A stretch of 64,000 bases of DNA from the NCBI GenBank assembly GCA_944324465.1, contig CALUWI010000001.1, positions 33,023 to 97,022 of the forward strand, read 5' to 3'. Source of the stretch: an uncultured Mucispirillum sp. (GTDB lineage Bacteria > Chrysiogenota > Deferribacteres > Deferribacterales > Mucispirillaceae). This document shows positions 20,673 to 29,644 of this stretch, piece by piece (position 1 is the first letter of the stretch; each line of letters starts with the position of its first letter). The position numbers and the translations under genes were made by a program. Under the pieces are notes generated by a model. The model was not told the DNA's origin. It did not search any database and saw nothing but the letters and a program-made list of their open reading frames with translations.

Positions 20673-21917
20673 TTATTTTAAATTATCAAAATAATAATAT
20701 ATAGTATTATTTTCAATTCTGCGGTACATTACTGCTTCAGTATTATTTTTAATAGGCGAAGCAAATTTCCCGCATTTTTTACCAGAGCAGTAAAATTCAC
20801 CGTAATTTAATACTATATTTTTATCAGAACATTTTTTAGGCATTACAGATACTTTTGTTTCCTTTCCCTTAATATTCTGATAAATATTTCCGCTGAATGA
20901 TTTATAATATAAAGTACTGCCGGAAATACATGCTTTTGGCAATTCATAGCTCATAGATAAAAATCTCTGCCACACTGTTTCAAGGTAATATATTTGTATA
21001 TTTGACTTATCAAGAGTAATAAATGTAGTAGATGTAGAAGCAAATTTATCTTTTACTGGTAAATCGTGATATATTTCACTGTCAGTAATTAAAGTTGTAC
21101 CGCAAAGACCAGATACACTGTACGGACTTGCTGTGCAGTCTGTATTATCGCTTATTTTTACAGTATCATTATCCAGCACAAAAAACTTTTTATTATCTTT
21201 TAATGTACCGTAAAATCTGCCTTCAGAATGATATATTTCATTATACCCTGATGGTATCTGGCCAGATAACACAAAAGCCTTCATACTCTTATCGTAAGTC
21301 AGCACATAGCCATTTTCCTGCAGCAGAACTGGTGCACCATTTACATATCCTGCAGCTTTAATTAAAAGTCCTGTATCTCCACTATAGAGTTCATCCCCAT
21401 TATATGAGTTTCTTAATGCTGCCTTAGAGCCAACCCACTCTATAATGTAATTAGGTACTATTTCTATACTGCCATTTAACATTCTAGGATATGTGCCTAC
21501 ACTTGCACACTCTGCAGCAGAATACACATCAACTTGACTGCTGTTATATATAACTGCTTCAAGTCCATATGTTCTTACATTATCATAAGTTTTTTTTAGA
21601 TAAAGTCCAGGACAGCTTGCAACAGTAAAGCCTATTTCATCAGGCTTTAAAACAGCTATCATATCTTTGCCTGCTGCTATTGATGTAACATTACTGTCAC
21701 TGTATATTCTTTGATATGTTTTACTAAAGCTGATTAGAGAATTTCTAATCATAGAAGATTCTGGAATTTTTACTTCAAAATCTTTTGGATTTGAAGGCTC
21801 AGCTTTTACAGGACTTACTACCTGCAAAAGCTGACCACCAGTAATAACTTTTTGTTTTTCTGCACAACCATATAATAATAAAATCATACTGGCTGCAATT
21901 AATACAGATTTTTTCAT
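20673..21917 (-). CDS. Hypothetical lipoprotein (possibly beta-propeller-like)
   Basis: Lipobox LYGC at aa 15-18; beta-rich; no family recognised. Confidence 0.7.
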   Translation of the reverse strand: MKKSVLIAASMILLLYGCAEKQKVITGGQLLQVVSPVKAEPSNPKDFEVKIPESSMIRNSLISFSKTYQRIYSDSNVTSIAAGKDMIAVLKPDEIGFTVASCPGLYLKKTYDNVRTYGLEAVIYNSSQVDVYSAAECASVGTYPRMLNGSIEIVPNYIIEWVGSKAALRNSYNGDELYSGDTGLLIKAAGYVNGAPVLLQENGYVLTYDKSMKAFVLSGQIPSGYNEIYHSEGRFYGTLKDNKKFFVLDNDTVKISDNTDCTASPYSVSGLCGTTLITDSEIYHDLPVKDKFASTSTTFITLDKSNIQIYYLETVWQRFLSMSYELPKACISGSTLYYKSFSGNIYQNIKGKETKVSVMPKKCSDKNIVLNYGEFYCSGKKCGKFASPIKNNTEAVMYRRIENNTIYYYFDNLK

Positions 21918-21929
21918 TATACTTTATTT

Positions 21930-23081
21930 TTAGTCAATAAGCCTGTTGTTTGGCTGTTTTTTAAGCTGGTCCCAGCCGATAACTACTTCTATTACATGAC
22001 GCTGGTCTGAATACTGACCTGCATAAGCACCAAGTTCTTCTGTATAATAAGCATAGTTTATACGAAGTGCCCAAATATTAACACCAGCACCTGCTGTCCA
22101 ATACCCTTGGTGAAGACCTGTACGGAGAAATATTCTATTCCAAAAACCTATTTCTGCACCTATATTTACCCGTTTGCCAAAGGAATCATCTGTGCCATTC
22201 ATAAATAATAAATCATTAAAATCTATAACTACATTAGATGAAATAAACTCCCAATTTGGCGAGATTGCAAGGCTTAAATTTAATGTAGGCTCAACTTTAT
22301 CAAGCCCTTCCGCCATAGACTGATACCCAAAATCATTAAATGAAAGACCTACTCTTGCATTTAATTCTTTTCTAAGCCATGGAAGTTCATACATTACACC
22401 AACACTTGCAAGAATACCCCAGCCTGTATTTTCTAATATATCAGTTACAATACTGTTTGTATCTAAATTTGCAATATCAACTGCTGTGTATGTAGCACTG
22501 TAACCCATACGGTAAAAACCCATTAAAGATACACCGAAATGCAGAGATTTATCTTTTAAAAATGAATGTGCATAAGTTAACACAGCACCAGCATCTGCAT
22601 GAACTTTTGCAGAAACTGTAGGCATTACTTTATTGTATGTAAGCACATTAGCATAGCTGTTTACAAATATACCAAAAGACCAGTTTTTATATGTAAATGC
22701 AGGGAAAAAAGTAATAGGACTGATATTATTATACTGCCCCATCATTCCATCTAATGTTTTTACAATAGTATCTGTATCTAAACCGCCTTTTAAAAACATA
22801 TTGCCAAGGTCTGTGGCATTTGAAACCATATTGCTGTTAGCACCAATGCTTAATGGAATAATATCAATATTCCACACGCTTTTATTCATAGCAAGACCTG
22901 CAGGGTTATAAAAAGCTGCATATTTATCATCACTTACACCAAAAAAAGCATTACCCATACCCATAGCACGCACAGAAGTCATCATTCTAGGATATTCTCG
23001 TGAAAATACTGCTTTTTGTGCATAGCTTGATGCAAATGGAATGATTACTAAAAGAGTAACTAAAATCGCTTTAAATTTCAT
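21930..23081 (-). CDS. Outer membrane beta-barrel of TraF-like/FadL-PorV-like superfamily
   Basis: Signal peptide, VRAMGMGNAFFGVSDDKYAAFYNPAGLA plug motif, LRTGLHQGYWTAGAG, alternating beta-strands. Confidence 0.7.
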   Translation of the reverse strand: MKFKAILVTLLVIIPFASSYAQKAVFSREYPRMMTSVRAMGMGNAFFGVSDDKYAAFYNPAGLAMNKSVWNIDIIPLSIGANSNMVSNATDLGNMFLKGGLDTDTIVKTLDGMMGQYNNISPITFFPAFTYKNWSFGIFVNSYANVLTYNKVMPTVSAKVHADAGAVLTYAHSFLKDKSLHFGVSLMGFYRMGYSATYTAVDIANLDTNSIVTDILENTGWGILASVGVMYELPWLRKELNARVGLSFNDFGYQSMAEGLDKVEPTLNLSLAISPNWEFISSNVVIDFNDLLFMNGTDDSFGKRVNIGAEIGFWNRIFLRTGLHQGYWTAGAGVNIWALRINYAYYTEELGAYAGQYSDQRHVIEVVIGWDQLKKQPNNRLID

Positions 23082-23083
23082 AT

Positions 23084-23977
23084 CTATCTTCCCCCATGAC
23101 CTTGTCCATTTCCCTGACCATTACCGCTGTTACCACCGCTGCCACTGTTATTATTCTGGCTTTCTTTAATACTTGTTATGTATTCTTTTAATTTATCTGC
23201 TGATACCTGATTTGTTACTTCATCAAGCAGACTGCTTTTTATTTCATTCACCATATCAACAGAGCCACCTATAAGACTTTCCATAGATGATAAACTGTCA
23301 AAGGCTGTATTTAATGTTAAGGTTAATTCTTCTAAATATGTATCATTTTCAGCATTAGCAAGAAACTCATCTACTGCTGTATTTATATCTATCTGCTCTA
23401 ATGCCTGCTGAAAGCCATTTTCACTGATTTCTATAGAAATATTATTTCCAGCTATAGAGCTTATAAGAGAAGAAACATTTACTGCTGAACCAATCATGCC
23501 AGCAAAACCGCATATAGAAGCAGTGCTGTTGTCAAGAGTGGTATTATTATTTTCTGCAATAGTTTTTCTTGTACCGCATATATCTACTGCTTTTAAATAA
23601 TATGGGCTTATAGATTTTAAATTTTCAGTAGTAACTTCAGATATACCGAGCATAGCAGCAACAACACCATATACATCAGATGTGCCTGCTTTACTAACCA
23701 TATCTATACCGCCAATAACATTAAAGCCGCCGCAGTATAATATGGCACTTAAAAATTTAAATGCATCATCTCTTGATAAAGATGCTCCAGTTGCATCAAT
23801 ACTGTTATAATAATTCATAACAGGTGCACAGTTATTGCTTATAAAATCAAAATCCACCTGGTCCTGTACAGCTTCTTTAGTACCAGTATCTGCAGCCTCT
23901 GAATATATGCTTTCTCCACAGCCGTATAAAGACACTGTAAAAACAAATAACAACAAATACAAAATATTATTTTTCAT
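23084..23977 (-). CDS. Hypothetical lipoprotein with Gly/Asn/Gln-rich C-terminal tail
   Basis: Lipobox LYGC; C-terminus NNNSGSGGNSGNGQGNGQGHGGR. Confidence 0.7.
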   Translation of the reverse strand: MKNNILYLLLFVFTVSLYGCGESIYSEAADTGTKEAVQDQVDFDFISNNCAPVMNYYNSIDATGASLSRDDAFKFLSAILYCGGFNVIGGIDMVSKAGTSDVYGVVAAMLGISEVTTENLKSISPYYLKAVDICGTRKTIAENNNTTLDNSTASICGFAGMIGSAVNVSSLISSIAGNNISIEISENGFQQALEQIDINTAVDEFLANAENDTYLEELTLTLNTAFDSLSSMESLIGGSVDMVNEIKSSLLDEVTNQVSADKLKEYITSIKESQNNNSGSGGNSGNGQGNGQGHGGR

Positions 23978-24000
23978 ATAATTCCCTACCTTGTATTATT

Positions 24001-25017
24001 TTAGCGAGAGTATAGTTTAGCCCCCGCACGAGAGCCAACAATATTTCCTAAATAATTAACACCTAATACATAATGTATACTTGGATTATATCTGTAAACA
24101 GCACAAAAATTATTAAATGCTGCATGATATTCTTTACCATTTACACCCTGTACTGTAAAAAGTATTGCTTTTGTATCATTTGACACTGGAAAAGGAAAAG
24201 ATACACCTGCATTTTTTAATGTTTTAACGGTTACTTTATAACCATTGCAAGGGGACTCTGTAACATATTTTTTAAACTGCTTTCCTTTTACACGCACTTT
24301 CATAGAAACAGGTTCACCAGTATTCCACCCTTTTTTCTTTAAAAAATTTGCAACACTGTATAAAGCATCTAAATGGTTGTTAATAATATCAATATGCTTA
24401 TCACCTGTACCGCTTACAGCATAAGTTAACACATTACTTGGCATAAACTGCGGTATACCGATAGCTCCTGCATAAGAGCTTTTAATATCAAAAATATCAG
24501 TATCACTTTTTCTAGCAAATAAAAATAATACTTCTAACTCTCTTTGAAAATATTCTGCACGCCTTGGATAGTAAAAAGCAAGGGTAGCAATAGAATCTAC
24601 AGCACGGAATTTCATAGGCGAATATCCGTAATTAGTTTCCATACCTATAATTCCTGCAATAATATGAGCAGGCACTCCATACTGCTTTTGTGCTTTTGCA
24701 AGCTCTGTTTTATGTTCCTTAAAATACTTTACACCTAAATCAATACGAATATCATTTACCATATTTTTTCTATACACTGCCCAAGTATTTACACTTTCGG
24801 CAGGCTTATTCATATATTTTGGAGTAAAGCCAGAATGCATTGTTTTATCAAAAACACCATATAGATAATCTTTACTAAACCCATGCTGAGTATTCATTTT
24901 CTTAACGAATGCATCAACATCTGGATTATTAGTAAACTTACCTGCAGTCAGTTCTGCATAAGATTTGTCAAAAATAGACAAACACAACAAAATTATCAAA
25001 AAAGTCAATTTTTTCAT
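24001..25017 (-). CDS. mltB: Lytic murein transglycosylase B
   Basis: IIGMETNYG, SSYAGAIGIPQFMPS, SVANFLKKKGW, YRYNPSIHYVLGV. Confidence 0.9.
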   Translation of the reverse strand: MKKLTFLIILLCLSIFDKSYAELTAGKFTNNPDVDAFVKKMNTQHGFSKDYLYGVFDKTMHSGFTPKYMNKPAESVNTWAVYRKNMVNDIRIDLGVKYFKEHKTELAKAQKQYGVPAHIIAGIIGMETNYGYSPMKFRAVDSIATLAFYYPRRAEYFQRELEVLFLFARKSDTDIFDIKSSYAGAIGIPQFMPSNVLTYAVSGTGDKHIDIINNHLDALYSVANFLKKKGWNTGEPVSMKVRVKGKQFKKYVTESPCNGYKVTVKTLKNAGVSFPFPVSNDTKAILFTVQGVNGKEYHAAFNNFCAVYRYNPSIHYVLGVNYLGNIVGSRAGAKLYSR

Positions 25018-25142
25018 AAGATTGTATATATCATAAATTTTATAAAAAAAAAAGAAAAATATAAATTATTCAGTAAAATTTTTCTTATTAATACTCATAT
25101 ATACTGTAAAGTATTTAACGGATAATTCAAAAAGCTAAGTTA

Positions 25143-25171
25143 TTGATTTTTTACTTATTATAATGTATAAT
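25143..25171 (+). promoter_or_regulatory. Sigma70-type promoter for rpe
   Basis: TTGATT (25143-48), 17 bp spacer, TATAAT (25166-71). Confidence 0.6.
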
Positions 25172-25196
25172 TATGGATATTATTTTGGAGGATTAA

Positions 25197-25841
25197 ATGA
25201 TAGTTTCCGCATCTATTTTAAGTGCAGATTTTGCTAATTTAGAAAAAGAAATTAAAGCTGTAGATAAAGCAGGGGCAGACTGGATACATTTAGATATTAT
25301 GGACGGTTCTTTTGTGCCAAATATTACTTTTGGTGCTCCTGTTGTGAAGGCTTTAAGAAAACATACTGATAAAATTTTTGATGTTCATTTAATGATTGAT
25401 AACCCGTCAAAATATATAGATGACTTTATTGACGCAGGGGCAGATATTATTGTTCCCCACTATGAAGCAGACAGGCATATTCAAAGAACTATATCTTATA
25501 TCAAAAGCAAAGGCAAAAAAGCAGGCGTTTCTTTAAATCCAGGTACACCTGTATCTATGCTTGAAGAAATACTTCCTTTCCTTGATTTAGTTCTTATTAT
25601 GTCTGTAAACCCAGGCTTTCCAGCACAAAGCCTTATTGAAACAAGTTATGATAAAATTGTGAAGCTGAAAACTATGGGCGAAAAATTAAAACATAGTTTT
25701 ATTATAGAAGTTGATGGCGGTGTTAATGACAAGACAATTGCAAGACTTGCCTCATCTGGAATGACTGCTGCAGTTGCCGGCAGTTATATATTTAAAGCCA
25801 GCGATTACAGCATACCAATAAACCTTTTAAAACGATATTAA
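25197..25841 (+). CDS. rpe: Ribulose-phosphate 3-epimerase
   Basis: SASILSADF, HLDIMDGSFVPN, DVHLMI, MSVNPGF, EVDGG. Confidence 0.97.
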   Translation: MIVSASILSADFANLEKEIKAVDKAGADWIHLDIMDGSFVPNITFGAPVVKALRKHTDKIFDVHLMIDNPSKYIDDFIDAGADIIVPHYEADRHIQRTISYIKSKGKKAGVSLNPGTPVSMLEEILPFLDLVLIMSVNPGFPAQSLIETSYDKIVKLKTMGEKLKHSFIIEVDGGVNDKTIARLASSGMTAAVAGSYIFKASDYSIPINLLKRY

Positions 25842-25853
25842 TCACTGATATAT

Positions 25854-25882
25854 AAGGGCTTTTTATAAAAAGCCCTTTTTTA
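25854..25882 (+). terminator. Rho-independent terminator after rpe
   Basis: aagggcttttt/aaaaagccctt palindrome followed by a T run. Confidence 0.75.
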
Positions 25883-25905
25883 TGTTTTTTCATATTTTAT
25901 ATTAC

Positions 25906-26011
25906 TGTTATAATTTTACAAAAATAATACAACAATTGATGTTTTTTTGTAGCATATTTAAAATTTTTCTGTTATACTCATTTTAGGGAGTATATTTTGT
26001 TGTATTATTTT
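25906..26011 (+). promoter_or_regulatory. Extended -10 promoter followed by a long nested inverted repeat (candidate structured leader or sRNA)
   Basis: TGTTATAAT 25906-14; perfect 15-bp IR 25921-35 / 25997-26011; inner 7-bp IR 25973-79 / 25988-94. Confidence 0.5.
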
Positions 26012-26095
26012 ACTGCATACCACATTCTATGGACTTTTCAGCAAAATATAATTCTTTATAAATCTGTTTTATATACAACTTAAAAGGAGGACCTT

Positions 26096-26458
26096 ATGGC
26101 TTATAATATTTTATTAGTTGACGATGAGGAAGATATCCGTTTTCTATTTTCTTCAGTTTTAAAAGAAGAAGGCTATAACACTTTTGAAGCATCTAATTCT
26201 GCAGAATGTTTCAAAATATTAGAAACAGAAAAAATAGACCTTTGCCTGCTTGACATTAAATTAAAAGGCGAAAGCGGTATTGATATTCTGCAGCGAATAG
26301 TTAAAGAATATAAAGGAATGAAAACTATCCTTGCCACAGCTTACTCTGCTTATCAAGATGACTTTTCAACATGGAGTGCAGATGGTTACTGGGTAAAATC
26401 TCAGGATACTGACTCTTTAAAAGAAGAAGTAAAAAAAGTGCTTGCTAAGGAAAACTAG
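26096..26458 (+). CDS. Single-domain response regulator (receiver)
   Basis: LLVDDEE, LLDIKL phospho-Asp, TAY, VK motifs; aggagg RBS. Confidence 0.93.
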   Translation: MAYNILLVDDEEDIRFLFSSVLKEEGYNTFEASNSAECFKILETEKIDLCLLDIKLKGESGIDILQRIVKEYKGMKTILATAYSAYQDDFSTWSADGYWVKSQDTDSLKEEVKKVLAKEN

Positions 26459-26550
26459 GCAGTAAGCCAGTTAATTATTCCTAAATAACAGTCTTTAAGT
26501 ATTAGTAAATGCCTTTTTATTACTTTTAAATTAAAGACTTTATTTAATTT

Positions 26551-26741
26551 CAGATTGTCGAAAAAATACATTTTTTCGCCAGTATTTTGCCAGCCTAATA
26601 ATGCTCGCCGCATTTTATTAGGCTGTAAGGGTAACTAAACTTGGATACACGCTCCAAGTTTAGTTAAATAAATTATTTTTTAACATAGATAATATTTCTT
26701 ATTATAAGTTTAAAATAATAAATAACTTTTTTGACAGTCTG
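26551..26741. mobile_element. MITE-like element copy 1 (191 bp)
   Basis: Imperfect TIRs cagattgtcgaaaaa / ttttttgacagtctg; both ends shared in inverted orientation with 29360-29558; internal hairpins 26592-26624 and 26633-26665. Confidence 0.75.
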
Positions 26742-26792
26742 ATTTGTTTAAAAAACAATTTAAAAATAAAGAAATATAAAGGTGGTACAATT

Positions 26793-29294
26793 ATGAAAGC
26801 AGTTGTTATGGCTGGTGGATTTGGAACCAGGATACAGCCCCTCACATCAAGTGTTCCAAAACCAATGATTCCTGTTTACAACAAACCTATGATGGAATAT
26901 ATCATAATGTCACTGCGTGATGCTGGCATTAAAGATATAGCTATCCTTCTCTACTTTAAACCAGAAATAATTAAAGCTCACTTTGGAGATGGTTCTCAGC
27001 TTGGTATTCATATAGAATACTTTACTCCAGATGATGACTATGGCACAGCAGGTGCAGTTAAAAAAGCAGAAAAATTTCTTGATGAACGCTTTATTGTTGT
27101 AAGTGGCGACTTAATTACTGATTTTAATATTCCTGAAATTATTAAATACCATGAAGATAAACACTCAAAAGCTACTATTACACTTACATCTGTTCCTGAC
27201 CCGTTACAATTTGGTGTTGTAATTACTGACAGCGATGGCAAAATAGTCCGCTTTCTTGAAAAACCAGGCTGGGGCGAAGTATTCAGCGACACTATTAATA
27301 CTGGTATTTATGTATTTGAACCAGAAATATTAAACTATATACCAGAAAACAAAAACTTTGACTTTTCAAAAGATTTATTCCCAAGCATTATGGCAAGCGG
27401 AACACATATATATGGATATAATGCAAAAGGATACTGGAGAGATGTAGGCAACCCTGACTCATACAGAACTTCTCTGCTTGAAATTGCCTCAGGCATGATT
27501 AAACTTCCATTTGAAGGCACAAAAGTTACTTTAAATGAAGGCATATTATACCACGGCGAAAACTTTAAAATGGCAGAAGGTGTTGAAATTACTGGCTTAG
27601 TTGTTGTTGGCGATAACTGCTCTTTTGGTGCTAATACAAAAATTTCTGACTGCTGTATGGGAAATGACTGCTCTATTGATGAAAATACTTCTATTTCCAA
27701 ATCTATACTTTGGAATAAAGTAAATATTGGAGCAAACTGCTCTATTACTAATGCAGTTTTCTGCGACAGTGTTCTTGTAGGCAGTAAAGTAAAATGCGAA
27801 CATGGTGTTATTATTGCAGAAGGCACTTCTATTGGCAATAATGTTGTATTTGAAAAAGACATTATGGCATGGCCTAATAAACAGGTGGAAGAAGGCTCTA
27901 TCGTTTCATCTAACCTTATATGGGGCGATAAATGGAAAAACTCTATATTTGAAGGCGGCAAAGTTAGTGCCAGAACAAATATTGAGCTTTCTGCAGATAT
28001 GGCAGCAAAACTTGGTGCAGCTTTTGGCTCACTTTTACCACAAGGCTCTAAAATCCTTACATCAAGGGACTATCATAAAGCATCAAGAATGCTTAAAAGA
28101 GCATTTTTAGGGGGACTGCTTTCTACTGGTGTTAATGCTGTTGATTTAAAAATGGAAGCTCTGCCTGCTATGCGTTATAAACTTTCTACTTTTGGAGAAG
28201 TTGGCGGCGTTCATTTCAGACAATCACCTAGCGACCCTACTCATACAGAAATACTTTTCTTTAATGATGCAGGGGACAGCATAGATTCTGGTGTAGAAAA
28301 AAATCTTGAAAGAGCATTTTTCAGAGAAAATTTCAGACGGGTAACACATAATGAAATAGGCGACATCAATGAAAAACAAATGGTTAAAGAATTCTATATT
28401 GAAGGGCTTTTAAGAAGTATAGACCAAACATCACTTATGGCTAAAAGCACTAAAATTGTTCTTGACCTGCTTAATGGTGTAACAGACCCTATCCTGCCTA
28501 AAATACTTAATAAAGTAGGTATTGATTCTGTTATATTAAATGCAAACCATGATGAGCTTAAACTTTCCCGCTCTGAACATCAGCAGGATGCTGCAATTCA
28601 GCAGGCTGCAAACATTGTTAAAGTATTAAATGCTGATGCTGGCTTTATTGTATTCCCATCTGGCGAACGCTTAACTGTTATTGATGATATGGGCGAAAAA
28701 TTAAACGGCCATAAACTGCTTATGCTTATGCTTTTATTAATAGATAAATCTGTCCTTAAAAAAGTAAAAGTTTATCTGCCAGCTTTTGCTCCTAGTGTGC
28801 TTGATAATAAACTTAAAAATGTAGAAGTTATACACGGCTCATTTACAGGCATTAAAGGTGCATTTTTAAGAGATTACTACTTTACAGGCAATTTAAGAAG
28901 TTTCATCTGCTTTACTGAGCATAACACTACACCTGATGCAATGTATGCTTCATTAAAAATAGTTGAAATGATGAATAAAATAGGCAAACCGCTTTCAGAA
29001 ATAGTTGCAGAAATACCAGAATATAAGTTCTATCACTCAGTAATTAACTGCCCTGTTGAAGTAAAAGGGTTTTTAATGAGAAAAATGAGTGAAGAAGCAA
29101 GAGACAAAGATGCATCTTTCTTAGACGGTATTAAAATACTGCTTGACGGCGGCTGGGCACACATGGTGCCAGACCAGTATTCCCCAAATGTTCATTTATA
29201 CATTGAAGGAAAAACAGAAAAAGCAGGCGATGCAATCCACAAAGAATTTGTTGATAAAATAAATAAATGGATTGCAGAACATGATGCAGAATAA
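26793..29294 (+). CDS. Sugar-1-phosphate nucleotidyltransferase (GDP-mannose pyrophosphorylase-like) with LbH repeats, fused to a phosphohexomutase-like domain
   Basis: MAGGFGTRIQPLT..PKPM, FLEKPGWGEVFSDTINTGIY, hexapeptide repeats, C-terminal PMM-like fold with degenerate metal site. Confidence 0.88.
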   Translation: MKAVVMAGGFGTRIQPLTSSVPKPMIPVYNKPMMEYIIMSLRDAGIKDIAILLYFKPEIIKAHFGDGSQLGIHIEYFTPDDDYGTAGAVKKAEKFLDERFIVVSGDLITDFNIPEIIKYHEDKHSKATITLTSVPDPLQFGVVITDSDGKIVRFLEKPGWGEVFSDTINTGIYVFEPEILNYIPENKNFDFSKDLFPSIMASGTHIYGYNAKGYWRDVGNPDSYRTSLLEIASGMIKLPFEGTKVTLNEGILYHGENFKMAEGVEITGLVVVGDNCSFGANTKISDCCMGNDCSIDENTSISKSILWNKVNIGANCSITNAVFCDSVLVGSKVKCEHGVIIAEGTSIGNNVVFEKDIMAWPNKQVEEGSIVSSNLIWGDKWKNSIFEGGKVSARTNIELSADMAAKLGAAFGSLLPQGSKILTSRDYHKASRMLKRAFLGGLLSTGVNAVDLKMEALPAMRYKLSTFGEVGGVHFRQSPSDPTHTEILFFNDAGDSIDSGVEKNLERAFFRENFRRVTHNEIGDINEKQMVKEFYIEGLLRSIDQTSLMAKSTKIVLDLLNGVTDPILPKILNKVGIDSVILNANHDELKLSRSEHQQDAAIQQAANIVKVLNADAGFIVFPSGERLTVIDDMGEKLNGHKLLMLMLLLIDKSVLKKVKVYLPAFAPSVLDNKLKNVEVIHGSFTGIKGAFLRDYYFTGNLRSFICFTEHNTTPDAMYASLKIVEMMNKIGKPLSEIVAEIPEYKFYHSVINCPVEVKGFLMRKMSEEARDKDASFLDGIKILLDGGWAHMVPDQYSPNVHLYIEGKTEKAGDAIHKEFVDKINKWIAEHDAE

Positions 29295-29302
29295 TTAATA
29301 TA

Positions 29303-29330
29303 TTCCTGTCCCTGAAAAAAGGGGCAGGAA
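29303..29330 (+). terminator. Stem-loop after the nucleotidyltransferase gene
   Basis: ttcctgtccc / ggggcaggaa 10-bp stem with one G-U pair; weak U tail. Confidence 0.5.
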
Positions 29331-29359
29331 ACATCTGTTATATTATAAAATTAGTAATA

Positions 29360-29558
29360 CAGACTGTCAAAAAAGTTATTGATTATTTTTAACTTATAAT
29401 AAGAAATATTATCTGCTATAGCCTAATAAAATGCGACGAGTGTTTTTTACGAGGGCACTTTTTCCCGACTGAATAAGGAGGAAAAAGAAAAAGTGGCTTG
29501 AGAGCATTATTAGGCTCATCAATTGACTGGCGAAAAAATGTATTTTTTCGACAATCTG
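29360..29558. mobile_element. MITE-like element copy 2 (199 bp) with 14-bp target site duplication
   Basis: TIRs cagactgtcaaaaaa / ttttttcgacaatctg; direct repeat taaaattagtaata at 29346-59 and 29559-72. Confidence 0.82.
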
Positions 29559-29644
29559 TAAAATTAGTAATATATAGTAGAATGCCGGTGAAGTAGTGTC
29601 CGGCTTAATTAGTTTTAATATATAAAAACATAAGGAAATATAGA

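Noticed and set aside
21930-23081. Reading the TraF-like barrel as evidence of a conjugative element
   Set aside because: No relaxase, VirB4, coupling protein or integrase nearby; it sits in a housekeeping-like operon with mltB.
25044-25053. A10 run between mltB and rpe
   Set aside because: A/T runs are common in this AT-rich DNA, and it is not inside the predicted rpe promoter spacer.
27335-27961. 208-aa minus-strand ORF
   Set aside because: Antisense to the hexapeptide-repeat region of the nucleotidyltransferase; a codon-bias shadow.
29548-29576. Possible hybrid promoter TCGACA-17-TATATA from the MITE copy 2 end
   Set aside because: The -10 lacks the critical -7 T; too weak to claim.
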